The position numbers and the translations under genes were made by a program. Positions 1 to 12,500 of a stretch of 64,000 nucleotides of DNA are shown here, piece after piece. Every line of letters starts with the position of its first letter. Position 1 is the stretch's first letter. The notes under the pieces were generated by a model that searched no databases, was not told the origin of the DNA, and saw only the letters and a list, made by a program, of their open reading frames with translations. Location of the stretch: the NCBI GenBank assembly GCA_964247055.1, contig OZ176050.1, positions 930,001-994,000 of the forward strand, read 5' to 3'. This DNA comes from Paragordius varius. Lineage: Eukaryota > Animalia > Nematomorpha.

Positions 1-96
1 ACCCCCAATATTTTGGGGATCGGACTATAAATGTAATTTTTATGAATTTTTTAAATATTTAAAAATTTTTTTTTATACGATTTTAAAAATAAAAAT

Positions 97-154
97 GGCT
101 ACCTAAAATCCAAATTTGATCAGGTGATGTCACCATAATTTTTTTTGGGTAGCC
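97..154. other. Imperfect 58-nt nested inverted repeat (one example; present in every monomer)
   Basis: ggctacctaaaa pairs with ttttgggtagcc (11/12, one T-G), aaatt with aattt, and ggtga with tcacc around a 2-nt loop. Confidence 0.85.
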
Positions 155-563
155 CTATGGTAGTTCCATCATCACCCCAAATATTTTCGAGATCGGAATA
201 TAAATGTTATTTTTATGAATTTTTTAAATATTTAAAAAATCTATTTTATACGATTTTAAAAATAAAAATGGCTACCTAAAATCCAAATTTGATCAGGTGA
301 TGTCACCATAATTTTTTTTGGGTAGCCCTATGGTAGTTCCATCATCACCCCAAATATTGTCGAGATCGGAGTATAAATGTAATTTTTTTGGATTTTTTAA
401 ATATTTAAAAAATTTATTTTATACGATTTTAAAAATAAAAATGGCTACCTAAAATCCAAATTTGATCAGGTGATGTCGCCATAATTTTTTTTGGGTAGCC
501 CTATGGTAGTTCCATCATAACCCCAAATATTTTTGAGATCGGACTTTAAATGTAATTTTTATG

Positions 564-587
564 AATTTTTTAAATATTTAAAAAATT
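564..587. other. Perfect 24-bp palindrome aattttttaaatatttaaaaaatt (one example; present in most monomers)
   Basis: The sequence equals its own reverse complement, checked base by base. Confidence 0.95.
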
Positions 588-3500
588 TATTTTATACGAT
601 TTTAAAAATAAAAATGGCTACCTAAAATCCAAATTTGATCAGGTCATGTCACCATAATTTTTTTTTGGGTAGCCCTATGGTAGTTCCATCATCACCCCAA
701 ATATTGTCGAGATCGGAGTATAAATGTAATTTTTTTGAATTTTTTAAATATTTAAAAAATTTATTTTATACGATTTTAAAAATAAAAATGGCTACCTAAA
801 ATCCAAATTTGATCAGATGATGTCACCATAATTTTTTTGGGTAGCCCTATGGTAGTTCCATCATCACCCCAAATATTTTGGGGATCGGACTATAAATGTA
901 ATTTTTATGAATTTTTTAAATATTTAAAAAATTTATTTTATACGATTTTAAAAATAAAAATGGCTAAAAATCCAAATTTGATCAGGTGATGTCGCCATAA
1001 TTTTTTTTGGGTAGCCCTATGGTAGTTCCATCATCACCCCAAATATTTTGGGGATCGGACTATAAATGTAATTTTTATGAATTTTTTAAATATTTAAAAA
1101 ATTTATTTTATACGATTTTAAAAATAAAAATGGCTACCTAAAATCCAAATTTGATCAGGTGATGTCACTATAATTTTTTTGGGTAGCCCTATGGTAGTTC
1201 CATCATAACCCCAAATATTTTGGGGATCGGACTATAAATGTAATTTTTATGAATTTTTTAAATATTTAAAAAATTTATTTTATACGATTTTAAAAATAAA
1301 AATGGCTACCTAAAATCCAAATTTGATCAGGTGATGTCGCCATAATTTTTTTTTGGTAGCCCTATGGTAGTTCCATCATCACCCCAAATATTTTCGAGAT
1401 CGGAGTATAAATGTAATTTTTATGAATTTTTTAAATATTTAAAAAATTTATTTTATACGATTTTAAAAATAAAAATGGCTACCTAAAATCCAAATTTGAT
1501 CAGGTGATGTCGCCATAATTTTTTTGGGTAGCCCTATGGTAGTTCCATCATCACCCTAAATATTTTCGAGATCGGAATATAAATGTAATTTTTATGAATT
1601 TTTTAAATATTTAAAAAATTTATTTTATACGATTTTAAAAATAAAAATGGCTACCTAAAATCCAAATTTGATCAGGTGATGTCACTATAATTTTTTTGGG
1701 TAGCCCTATGGTAGTCCCATCATCACCCCAAATATTTTGGGGATCGGACTATAAATGTAATTTTTATGAATTTTTTAAATATTTAAAAAATTTATTTTAT
1801 ACGATTTGCAAAATAAAAATGGCGACCTAAAATCCAAATTTGATCAGGTGATGTCACCATAATTTTTTTTTGGGTAGCCCTATGGTAGTTCCATCATCAC
1901 CCCAAATATTTTGGGGATCGGACTATAAATGTAATTTTTATGAATTTTTTAAATATTTAAAAAATTTATTTTATACGATTTTAAAAATAAAAATGGCTAC
2001 CTAAAATCCAAATTTGATCAGGTGATGTCGCCATAATTTTTTTTGGGTAGCCCTATGGTATTTCCATCATCACCCCAAATATTTTGGGGATCGGACTATA
2101 AATGTAATTTTTATGAATTTTTTAAATATTTAAAAAATTTATTTTATACGATTTTAAAAATAAAAATGGCTACCTAATATCCAAATTTGATCAGGTGATG
2201 TCATTATAATTTTTTTTGGGTAGCCCTATGGTAGTTCCATCATCACCCCAAATATTTTGGGGATCGGACTATAAATGTAATTTTTATGAATTTTTTAAAT
2301 ATTTAAAAAATTTATTTTATACGATTTTAAAAATAAAAATGGCTAAAAATCCAAATTTGATCAGGTGATGTCGCCATAATTTTTTTTGGGTAGCCCTATG
2401 GTAGTTCCATCATCACCCCAAATATTTTGGGGATCGGACTATAAATGTAATTTTTATGAATTTTTTAAATATTTAAAAAATTTATTTTATACGATTTTAA
2501 AAATAAAAATGGCTACCTAAAATCCAAATTTGATCAGGTGATGTCACTATAATTTTTTTGGGTAGCCCTATGGTAGTTCCATCATCACCCCAAATATTTT
2601 GGGGATCGGACTATAAATGTAATTTTTATGAAAATTTTAATTATTTAAAAAATTTATTTTATACGATTTTAAAAATAAAAATGGCTACCTAAAATCCAAA
2701 TTTGATCAGGTGATGTCACTATAATTTTTTTGGGTAGCCCTATGGTAGTTCCATCATCACCCCAAATATTTTGGGGATCGGACTATAAATGTAACTTTTA
2801 TGAATTTTTTAAATATTTAAAAAATTTATTTTATACGATTTTAAAAATAAAAATGGCTACCTAAAATCCAAATTTGATCAGGTGATGTCGCCATAATTTT
2901 TTTTGGGTAGCCCTATGGTAGTTCCATCATCACCCCAAATATTTTCGAGATCGGAGTATAAATGTAATTTTTATGAATTTTTTAAATTTTTAAAAAATTT
3001 ATTTTATACGATTTTAAAAATAAAAATGGCTACCTAAAATCCAAATTTGATCAGGTGATGTCACTATAATTTTTTTGGGTAGCCCTATGGTAGTTTCATC
3101 ATCACCCCAAATATTTTGGGGATCGGACTATAAATGTAATTTTTATGAATTTTTTAAATATTTAAAAAATTTATTTTATACGATTTTAAAAATAAAAATG
3201 GCTACCTAAAATCCAAATTTGATCAGGTGATGTCACCATATTTTTTTTGGGTAGCCCTATGGTAGTTCCACCATCACCCCAAATATAGTCGAGATCGGAG
3301 TATAAATGTAATTTTTATGAATTTTTTAAATATTTAAAAAATTTATTTTATACGATTTTAAAAATAAAAATGGCTACCTAAAATCCAAATTTGATCAGGT
3401 GATGTCACTATAATTTTTTTTGGGTAGCCCTATGGTAGTTCCATCATCACCCCAAATATTTTCGAGATCGGAGTATAAATGTAATTTTTATGAATTTTTT

Positions 3501-6500
3501 AAATATTTAAAAAATTTATTTTATACGATTTTAAAAATAAAAATGGCTACCTAAAATCCAAATTTGATCAGGTGATGTCGCCATAATTTTTTTTGGGTAG
3601 CCCTATAGTAGTTCCATCATCACCCCAAATATTTTCGAGATCGGAGTATAAATGTAATTTTTATGAATTTTTTAAATATAAAAATTTATTTTATACGATT
3701 TTAAAAATAAAAATGGCTACCTAAAATCCAAATTTGATCAGGTGATGTCACCATATTTTTTTTTGGGTAGCCCTATGGTAGTTCCATCATCACCCCAAAT
3801 ATTGTCGAGATCGGAGTATAAATGTAATTTTTTTGAATTTTTTAAATATTTAAAAAATTTATTTTATACGATTTTTAAAAATAAAAATGGCTACCTAAAA
3901 TCCAAATTTGATCAGGTGATGTCGCCATAATTTTTTTTGGGTAGCCCTATAGTAGTTCCATCATCACCCCAAATATTTTCGAGATCGGAGTATAAATGTA
4001 ATTTTTATGAATTTTTTAAATATAAAAATTTATTTTATACGATTTTAAAAATAAAAATGGCTACCTAAAATCCAAATTTGATCAGGTGATGTCACCATAT
4101 TTTTTTTTGGGTAGCCCTATGGTAGTTCCATCATCACCCCAAATATTGTCGAGATCGGAGTATAAATGTAATTTTTTTGAATTTTTTAAATATCTAAAAA
4201 ATTTATTTTATACGATTTTAAAAATAAAAATGGCTACCTAAAATCCAAATTTGATCAGGTGATGTCGCCATAATTTTTTTTGCGTAGCCCTATGTTAGTT
4301 TCATCATCACCCCAAATATTTTGGGGATCGGACTATAAATGTAATTTTTATGAATTTTTTAAATATTTAAAAAATTTATTTTATACGATTTTAAAAATAA
4401 AAATGGCTACCTAAAATCCAAATTTGATCTGGTGATCCATAATTTTTTTTGGGTAGCCCTATGGTAGTTCCATCATCACCCCAAATATTTTGGGGATCGG
4501 ACTATAAATGTAATTTTTATGAATTTTTTAAATATTTAAAAAATTTATTTTATACGATTTTAAAAATAAAAATGGCTACCTAAAATCCAAATTTGATCAG
4601 GTGATGTCGCCATAATTTTTTTTGGGTAGCCCTATGGTATTTCCATCATCACCCCAAATATTTTGGGGATCGGACTATAAATGTAATTTTTATGAATTTT
4701 TTAAATATTTAAAAAATTTATTTTATACGATTTTAAAAATAAAAATGGCTACCTAATATCCAAATTTGATCAGGTGATGTCACTATAATTTTTTTTGGGT
4801 AGCCCTATGGTAGTTCCATCATCACCCCAAATATTTTGGGGATCGGACTATAAATGTAATTTTTATGAATTTTTTAAATATTTAAAAAATTTATTTTATA
4901 CGATTTTAAAAATAAAAATGGCTAAAAATCCAAATTTGATCAGGTGATGTCGCCATAATTTTTTTTGGGTAGCCCTATGGTAGTTCCATCATCACCCCAA
5001 ATATTTTGGGGATCGGACTATAAATGTAATTTTTATGAATTTTTTAAATATTTAAAAAATTTATTTTATACGATTTTAAAAATAAAAATGGCTACCTAAA
5101 ATCCAAATTTGATCAGGTGATGTCACTATAATTTTTTTGGGTAGCCCTATGGTAGTTCCATCATCACCCCAAATATTTTGGGGATCGGACTATAAATGTA
5201 ATTTTTATGAAAATTTTAATTATTTAAAAAATTTAGTTTATACGATTTTAAAAATAAAAATGGCGACCTAAAATCCAAATTTGATCAGGTGATGTCACCA
5301 TAATTTTTTTTTGGGTAGCCCTATGGTAGTTCCATCATCACCCCAAATATTTTGGGGATCGGACTATAAATGTAATTTTTATGAATTTTTTAAATATTTA
5401 AAAAATTTATTTTATACGATTTTAAAAATAAAAATGGCTACCTAAAATCCAAATTTGATCAGGTGATGTCGCCATAATTTTTTTTGGGTAGCCCTATGGT
5501 AGTTCCATCATCACCCCAAATATTTTGGGGATCGGACTATAAATGTAATTTTTATGAATTTTTTAAATATTTAAAAAATTTATTTTATACGATTTTAAAA
5601 ATAAAAATGGCTACCTAAAATCCAAATTTGATCAGGTGATGTCACTATAATTTTTTTGTGTAGCCCTATGGTAGTCCCATCATCACCCCAAATATTTTGG
5701 GGATCGGACTATAAATGTAATTTTTATGAATTTTTTAAATATTTAAAAAATTTATTTTATACGATTTGCAAAATAAAAATGGCGACCTAAAATCCAAATT
5801 TGATCAGGTGATGTCACCATAATTTTTTTTTGGGTAGCCCTATGGTAGTTCCATCATCACCCCAAATATTTTGGGGATCGGACTATAAATGTAATTTTTA
5901 TGAATTTTTTAAATATTTAAAAAATTTATTTTATACGATTTTAAAAATAAAAATGGCTACCTAAAATCCAAATTTGATCAGGTGATGTCGCCATAATTTT
6001 TTTTGGGTAGCCCTATGGTAGTTCCATCATCACCCCAAATATTTTGGGGATCGGACTATAAATGTAATTTTTATGAATTTTTTAAATATTTAAAAAATTT
6101 ATTTTATACGATTTTAAAAATAAAAATGGCTACCTAAAATCCAAATTTGATCAGGTGATGTCACTATAATTTTTTTTGGGTAGCCCTATGGTAGTTCCAT
6201 CATCACCCCAAATATTTTGGGGAGCGGACTATAAATGTAATTTTTATGAATTTTTTAAATATTTAAAAAATTTATTTTATACGATTTTAAAAATAAAAAT
6301 GGCTACCTAAAATCCAAATTTGATCAGGTGATGTCGCCATAATTTTTTTTGGGTAGCCCTATGGTAGTTCCATCATCACCCCAAATATTTTGGGGATCGG
6401 ACTATAAATGTAATTTTTATGAATTTTTTAAATATTTAAAAAATTTATTTTATACGATTTTAAAAATAAAAATGGCTACCTAAAATCCAAATTTGATCAG

Positions 6501-9500
6501 GTGATGTCACTATAATTTTTTTGGGTAGCCCTATGGTAGTTCCATCATCACCCCAAATATTTTGGGGATCGGACTATAAATGTAATTTTTATGAAAATTT
6601 TAAATATTTAAAAAATTATTTTATACGATTTTAAAAATAAAAATGGCGACCTAAAATCCAAATTTGATCAGGTGATGTCACCATAATTTTTTTTTGTTTA
6701 GCCCTATGGTAGTTCCATCATCACCCCAAATATTTTGGGGATCGGACTATAAATGTAATTTTTATGAATTATATTTAAAAAATTTATTTTATACGATTTT
6801 AAAAATAAAAATGGCTACCTAAAATCCAAATTTGATCAGGTGATGTCACCATAATTTTTTTTGGGTAGCCCTATGGTAGTTCCATCATCACCCCAAATAT
6901 TTTCGAGATCGGAGTATAAATGTAATTTTTATGAATTTTTTAAATATTTAAAAAATTTATTTTATTTAAAAATAAAAATGGCTACCTAAAATCCAAATTT
7001 GATCAGGTGATGTCGCCATAATTTTTTTTGGGTAGCCCTATGGTAGTTCCATCATCACCCCAAATATTTTCGAGATCGGAGTATAAATGTAATTTTTATG
7101 AATTTTTTAAATATTTAAAAAATTTATTTTATACGATTTTAAAAATAAAAATGGCTACCTAAAATCCAAATTTGATCAGGTGATGTCACTATAATTTTTT
7201 TGGGTAGCCCTATGGTAGTTCCATCATCACCCCAAATATTTTGGGGATCGGACTATTGTAATTTTTATGAATTTTTTAAATATTTAAAAAATTTATTTTA
7301 TACGATTTTAAAAATAAAAATGGCTACCTAAAATCCAAATTTGATCAGGTGATGTCGCCATAATTTTTTTTGGGTAGCCCTATGGTAGTTCCATCATCAC
7401 CCCAAATATTTTGGGGATCGGACAATAAATGTAATTTTTATGAATTTTTTAAATATTTAAAAAATTTATTTTATACGATTTTAAAAATAAAAATGGCTAC
7501 CTAAAATCCAAATTTGATCAGGTGATGTCACTATAATTTTTTTGGGTAGCCCTATGGTAGTTCCATCATCACCCCAAATATTTTGGGGATCGGACTATAA
7601 ATGTAATTTTTATGAAAATTTTAAATATTTAAAAAATTTATTTTATACGATTTTAAAAATAAAAATGGCGACCTAAAATCCAAATTTGATCAGGTGATGT
7701 CACTATAATTTTTTTGTGTAGCCCTATGGTAGTCCCATCATCACCCCAAATATTTTGGGGATCGGACTATAAATGTAATTTTTATGAATTTTTTAAATAT
7801 TTAAAAAATTTATTTTATACGATTTTAAAAATAAAAATGGCTACCTAAAATCCAAATTTGATCAGGTGATGTCGCCATAATTTTTTTTGGGTAGCCCTAT
7901 GGTAGTTCCATCATCACCCCAAATTTGGGGATCGGACTATAAATGTAATTTTTATGAATTTTTTAAATATTTAAAAAATTTATTTTATACGATTTTAAAA
8001 ATAAAAATGGCTACCTAAAATCCAAATTTGATCAGGTGATGTCACTATAATTTTTTTGGGTAGCCCTATGGTAGTTCCATCATCACCCCAAATATTTTGG
8101 GGATCGGACTATAAATGTAATTTTTATGAAAATTTTAATTATTTAAAAAATTTAGTTTATACGATTTTAAAAATAAAAATGGCGACCTAAAATCCAAATT
8201 TGATCAGGTGATGTCACCATAATTTTTTTTTGGGTAGCCCTATGGTAGTTCCATCATCACCCCAAATATTTTGGGGATCGGACTATAAATGTAATTTTTA
8301 TGAATTTTTTAAATATTTAAAAAATTTATTTTATACGATTTTAAAAATAAAAATGGCTACCTAAAATCCAAATTTGATCAGGTGATGTCGCCATAATTTT
8401 TTTTGGGTAGCCCTATGGTAGTTCCATCATCACCCCAAATATTTTGGGGATCGGACTATAAATGTAATTTTTATGAATTTTTTAAATATTTAAAAAATTT
8501 ATTTTATACGATTTTAAAAATAAAAATGGCTACCTAAAATCCAAATTTGATCAGGTGATGTCACTATAATTTTTTTGTGTAGCCCTATGGTAGTCCCATC
8601 ATCACCCCAAATATTTTGGGGATCGGACTATAAATGTAATTTTTATGAATTTTTTAAATATTTAAAAAATTTATTTTATACGATTTGCAAAATAAAAATG
8701 GCGACCTAAAATCCAAATTTGATCAGGTGATGTCACCATAATTTTTTTTTGGGTAGCCCTATGGTAGTTCCATCATCACCCCAAATATTTTGGGGATCGG
8801 ACTATAAATGTAATTTTTATGAATTTTTTAAATATTTAAAAAATTTATTTTATACGATTTTAAAAATAAAAATGGCTACCTAAAATCCAAATTTGATCAG
8901 GTGATGTCACTATAATTTTTTTTGGGTAGCCCTATGGTAGTTCCATCATCACCCCAAATATTTTGGGGAGCGGACTATAAATGTAATTTTTATGAATTTT
9001 TTAAATATTTAAAAAATTTATTTTATACGATTTTAAAAATAAAAATGGCTACCTAAAATCCAAATTTGATCAGGTGATGTCGCCATAATTTTTTTTGGGT
9101 AGCCCTATGGTAGTTCCATCATCACCCCAAATATTTTGGGGATCGGACTATAAATGTAATTTTTATGAAAATTTTAAATATTTAAAAAATTTATTTTATA
9201 CGATTTTAAAAATAAAAATGGCGACCTAAAATCCAAATTTGATCAGGTGATGTCACCATAATTTTTTTTGGGTAGCCCAATGGTAGTTCCATCATCACCC
9301 CAAATATTTTCGAGATCGGAGTATAAATGTAATTTTTATGAATTTTTTAAATATTTAAAAAATTTATTTTATTTAAAAATAAAAATGGCTACCTAAAATC
9401 CAAATTTGATCAGGTGATGTCGCCATAATTTTTTTTGGGTAGCCCTATGGTAGTTCCATCATCACCCCAAATATTTTCGAGATCGGAGTATAAATGTAAT

Positions 9501-12500
9501 TTTTATGAATTTTTTAAATATTTAAAAAATTTATTTTATACGATTTTAAAAATAAAAATGGCTACCTAAAATCCAAATTTGATCAGGTGATGTCACTATA
9601 ATTTTTTTGGGTAGCCCTATGGTAGTTCCATCATCACCCCAAATATTTTGGGGATCGGACTATTGTAATTTTTATGAATTTTTTAAATATTTAAAAAATT
9701 TATTTTATACGATTTTAAAAATAAAAATGGCTACCTAAAATCCAAATTTGATCAGGTGATGTCGCCATAATTTTTTTTGGGTAGCCCTATGGTAGTTCCA
9801 TCATCACCCCAAATATTTTGGGGATCGGACTATAAATGTAATTTTTATGAATTTTTTAAATATTTAAAAAATTTATTTTATACGATTTTAAAAATAAAAA
9901 TGGCTACCTAAAATCCAAATTTGATCAGGTGATGTCACTATAATTTTTTTGGGTAGCCCTATGGTAGTTCCATCATCACCCCAAATATTTTGGGGATCGG
10001 ACTATAAATGTAATTTTTATGAAAATTTTAAATATTTAAAAAATTTATTTTATACGATTTTAAAAATAAAAATGGCGACCTAAAATCCAAATTTGATCAG
10101 GTGATGTCGCCATAATTTTTTTTGGGTAGCCCTATCGTAGTTCCATCATCACCCCAAATATTTTGGGGATCGGACTATAAATGTAATTTTTATGAATTTT
10201 TTAAATATTTAAAAAATTTATTTTATACGATTTTAAAAATAAAAATGGCTACCTAAAATCCAAATTTGATCAGGTGATGTCGCCATAATTTTTTTTGGGT
10301 AGCCCTATCGTAGTTCCATCATCACCCCAAATATTTTGGGGATCGGACTATAAATGTAATTTTCATGAATTTTTTAAATATTTAAAAAATTTATTTTATA
10401 CGATTTTAAAAATAAAAATGGCTACCTAAAATCCAAATTTGATCAGGTGATGTCACTATAATTTTTTTTGGGTAGCCCTATGGTAGTTCCATCATCACCC
10501 CAAATATTTTGGGGATCGGACTATAAATGTAATTTTTATGAATTTTTTAAATATTTAAAAAATTTATTTTATACGATTTTAAAAATAAAAATGGCTACCT
10601 AAAATCCAAATTTGATCAGGTGATGTCGCCATAATTTTTTTTGGGTAGCCCTATGGTAGTTCCATCATCACCCCAAATATTTTGGGGATCGGACTATAAA
10701 TGTAATTTTTATGAATTTTTTAAATATTTAAAAAATTTATTTTATACGATTTTAAAAATAAAAATGGCTACCTAAAATCCAAATTTGATCAGGTGATGTC
10801 ACTATAATTTTTTTGGGTAGCCCTATGGTAGTTCCATCATCACCCCAAATATTTTGGGGATCGGACTATAAATGTAATTTTTATGAATTTTTTAAATATT
10901 TAAAAAATTTATTTTATACGATTTTAAAAATAAAAATGGCTACCTAAAATCCAAATTTGATCAGGTGATGTCACCATAATTTTTTTTGGGTAGCCCTATG
11001 GTAGTTCCATCATCACCCCAAATATTTTCGAGATCGGAGTATAAATGTAATTTTTATGAATTTTTTAAATATTTAAAAAATTTATTTTATACGATTTTAA
11101 AAATAAAAATGGCTACCTAAAATCCAAATTTGATCAGGTGATGTCGCCATAATTTTTTTTGGGTAGCCCTATGGTAGTTCCATCATCACCCCAAATATTT
11201 TGGGGATCGGACTATAAATGTAATTTTTATGAATTTTTTAAATATTTAAAAAATTTATTTTATACGATTTTAAAAATAAAAATGGCTACCTAAAATCCAA
11301 ATTTGATCAGGTGATGTCACTATAATTTTTTTGGGTAGCCCTATGGTAGTTCCATCATCACCCCAAATATTTTGGGGATCGGACTATAAATGTAATTTTT
11401 ATGAATTTTTTAAATATTTAAAAAATTTATTTTATACGATTTTAAAAATAAAAATGGCTACCTAAAATCCAAATTTGATCAGGTGATGTCGCCATAATTT
11501 TTTTTGGGTAGCCCTATGGTAGTTCCATCATCACCCCAAATATTTTGGGGATCGGACTATAAATGTAATTTTCATGAATTTTTTAAATATTTAAAAAATT
11601 TATTTTATACGATTTTAAAAATAAAAATGGCTACCTAAAATCCAAATTTGATCAGGTGATGTCACTATAATTTTTTTTGGGTAGCCCTATGGTAGTTCCA
11701 TCATCACCCCAAATATTTTGGGGATCGGACTATAAATGTAATTTTTATGAATTTTTTAAATATTTAAAAAATTTATTTTATACGATTTTAAAAATAAAAA
11801 TGGCTACCTAAAATCCAAATTTGATCAGGTGATGTCACCATAATTTTTTTTTGGGTAGCCCTATGGTAGTTCCATCATCACCCCAAATATTTTGGGGATC
11901 GGACTATAAATGTAATTTTTATGAATTTTTTAAATATTTAAAAAATTTATTTTATACGATTTTAAAAATAAAAATGGCTACCTAAAATCCAAATTTGATC
12001 AGGTGATGTCGCCATAATTTTTTTTGGGTAGCCCTATGGTAGTTCCATCATCACCCCAAATATTTTGGGGATCGGACTATAAATGTAATTTTTATGAATT
12101 TTTTAAATATTTAAAAAATTTATTTTATACGATTTTAAAAAAAAAAATGGCTACCTAAAATCCAAATTTGATCAGGTGATGTCGCCATAATTTTTTTTGG
12201 GTAGCCCTATGGTAGTTCCATCATCACCCCAAATATTTTGGGGATCGGACTATAAATGTAATTTTTATGAATTTTTTAAATATTTAAAAAATTTATTTTA
12301 TACGATTTTAAAAATAAAAATGGCTACCTAAAATCCAAATTTGATCAGGTGATGTCACTATAATTTTTTTGGGTAGCCCTATGGTAGTTCCATCATCACC
12401 CCAAATATTTTGGGGATCGGACTATAAATGTAATTTTTATGAAAATTTTAAATATTTAAAAAATTTATTTTATACGATTTTAAAAATAAAAATGGCGACC

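Larger units (their letters stand above)
1..4300 (+). repeat. Satellite layer A: heterogeneous mix of monomer haplotypes
   Basis: Mixes ttgggg/gact monomers with ttcgag, tgtcgag and ttttgag monomers. Carries cagatg (~815), ctatagt (~3602, ~3947) and many private changes. Confidence 0.7.

Noticed and set aside
26-33. TATA box (tataaa) in each monomer
   Set aside because: Expected by chance in ~94% AT sequence; no downstream gene or other promoter evidence.
121-126. Selection to keep the E-box (variants cagatg, catgtg, caaatg retain CANNTG)
   Set aside because: Other variants break it (ctggtg, taggtg, caggag, caggtc), and the few independent events give no support.
97-154. Conserved structured ncRNA encoded by the 58-nt hairpin
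   Set aside because: No covariation is visible. ggcgacc, gactacc, ggtaacc, gagtagcc and tgcgtag each break the stem without a compensating change on the other arm.
180-200. CENP-B box / primate alpha satellite (similar ~171-bp length; TTCG...CGG in the ttcgagatcgg variant)
   Set aside because: The spacing does not fit NTTCGNNNNANNCGGGN (only 4 nt between TTCG and CGG). The monomer does not resemble alpha satellite as I know it and is far more AT-rich.
150-200. Origin from a MITE or Helitron/DINE-like element (cctatgg and gatcggac motifs, palindrome richness)
   Set aside because: This is only a vague short-motif resemblance from memory. There are no element termini, TSDs or flanks in the window. 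It needs a Dfam/Repbase search of the consensus before any claim.
3742-3930. 62-aa ORF from the supplied track
   Set aside because: It is one monomer read through. A private change (ccataa to ccatat) removes the usual TAA, and an extra T at ~3,875 makes the unit 174 bp and shifts past the ACC TAA stop. It is low-complexity F/K/N-rich and ends at the next monomer's TAA. Not a gene.
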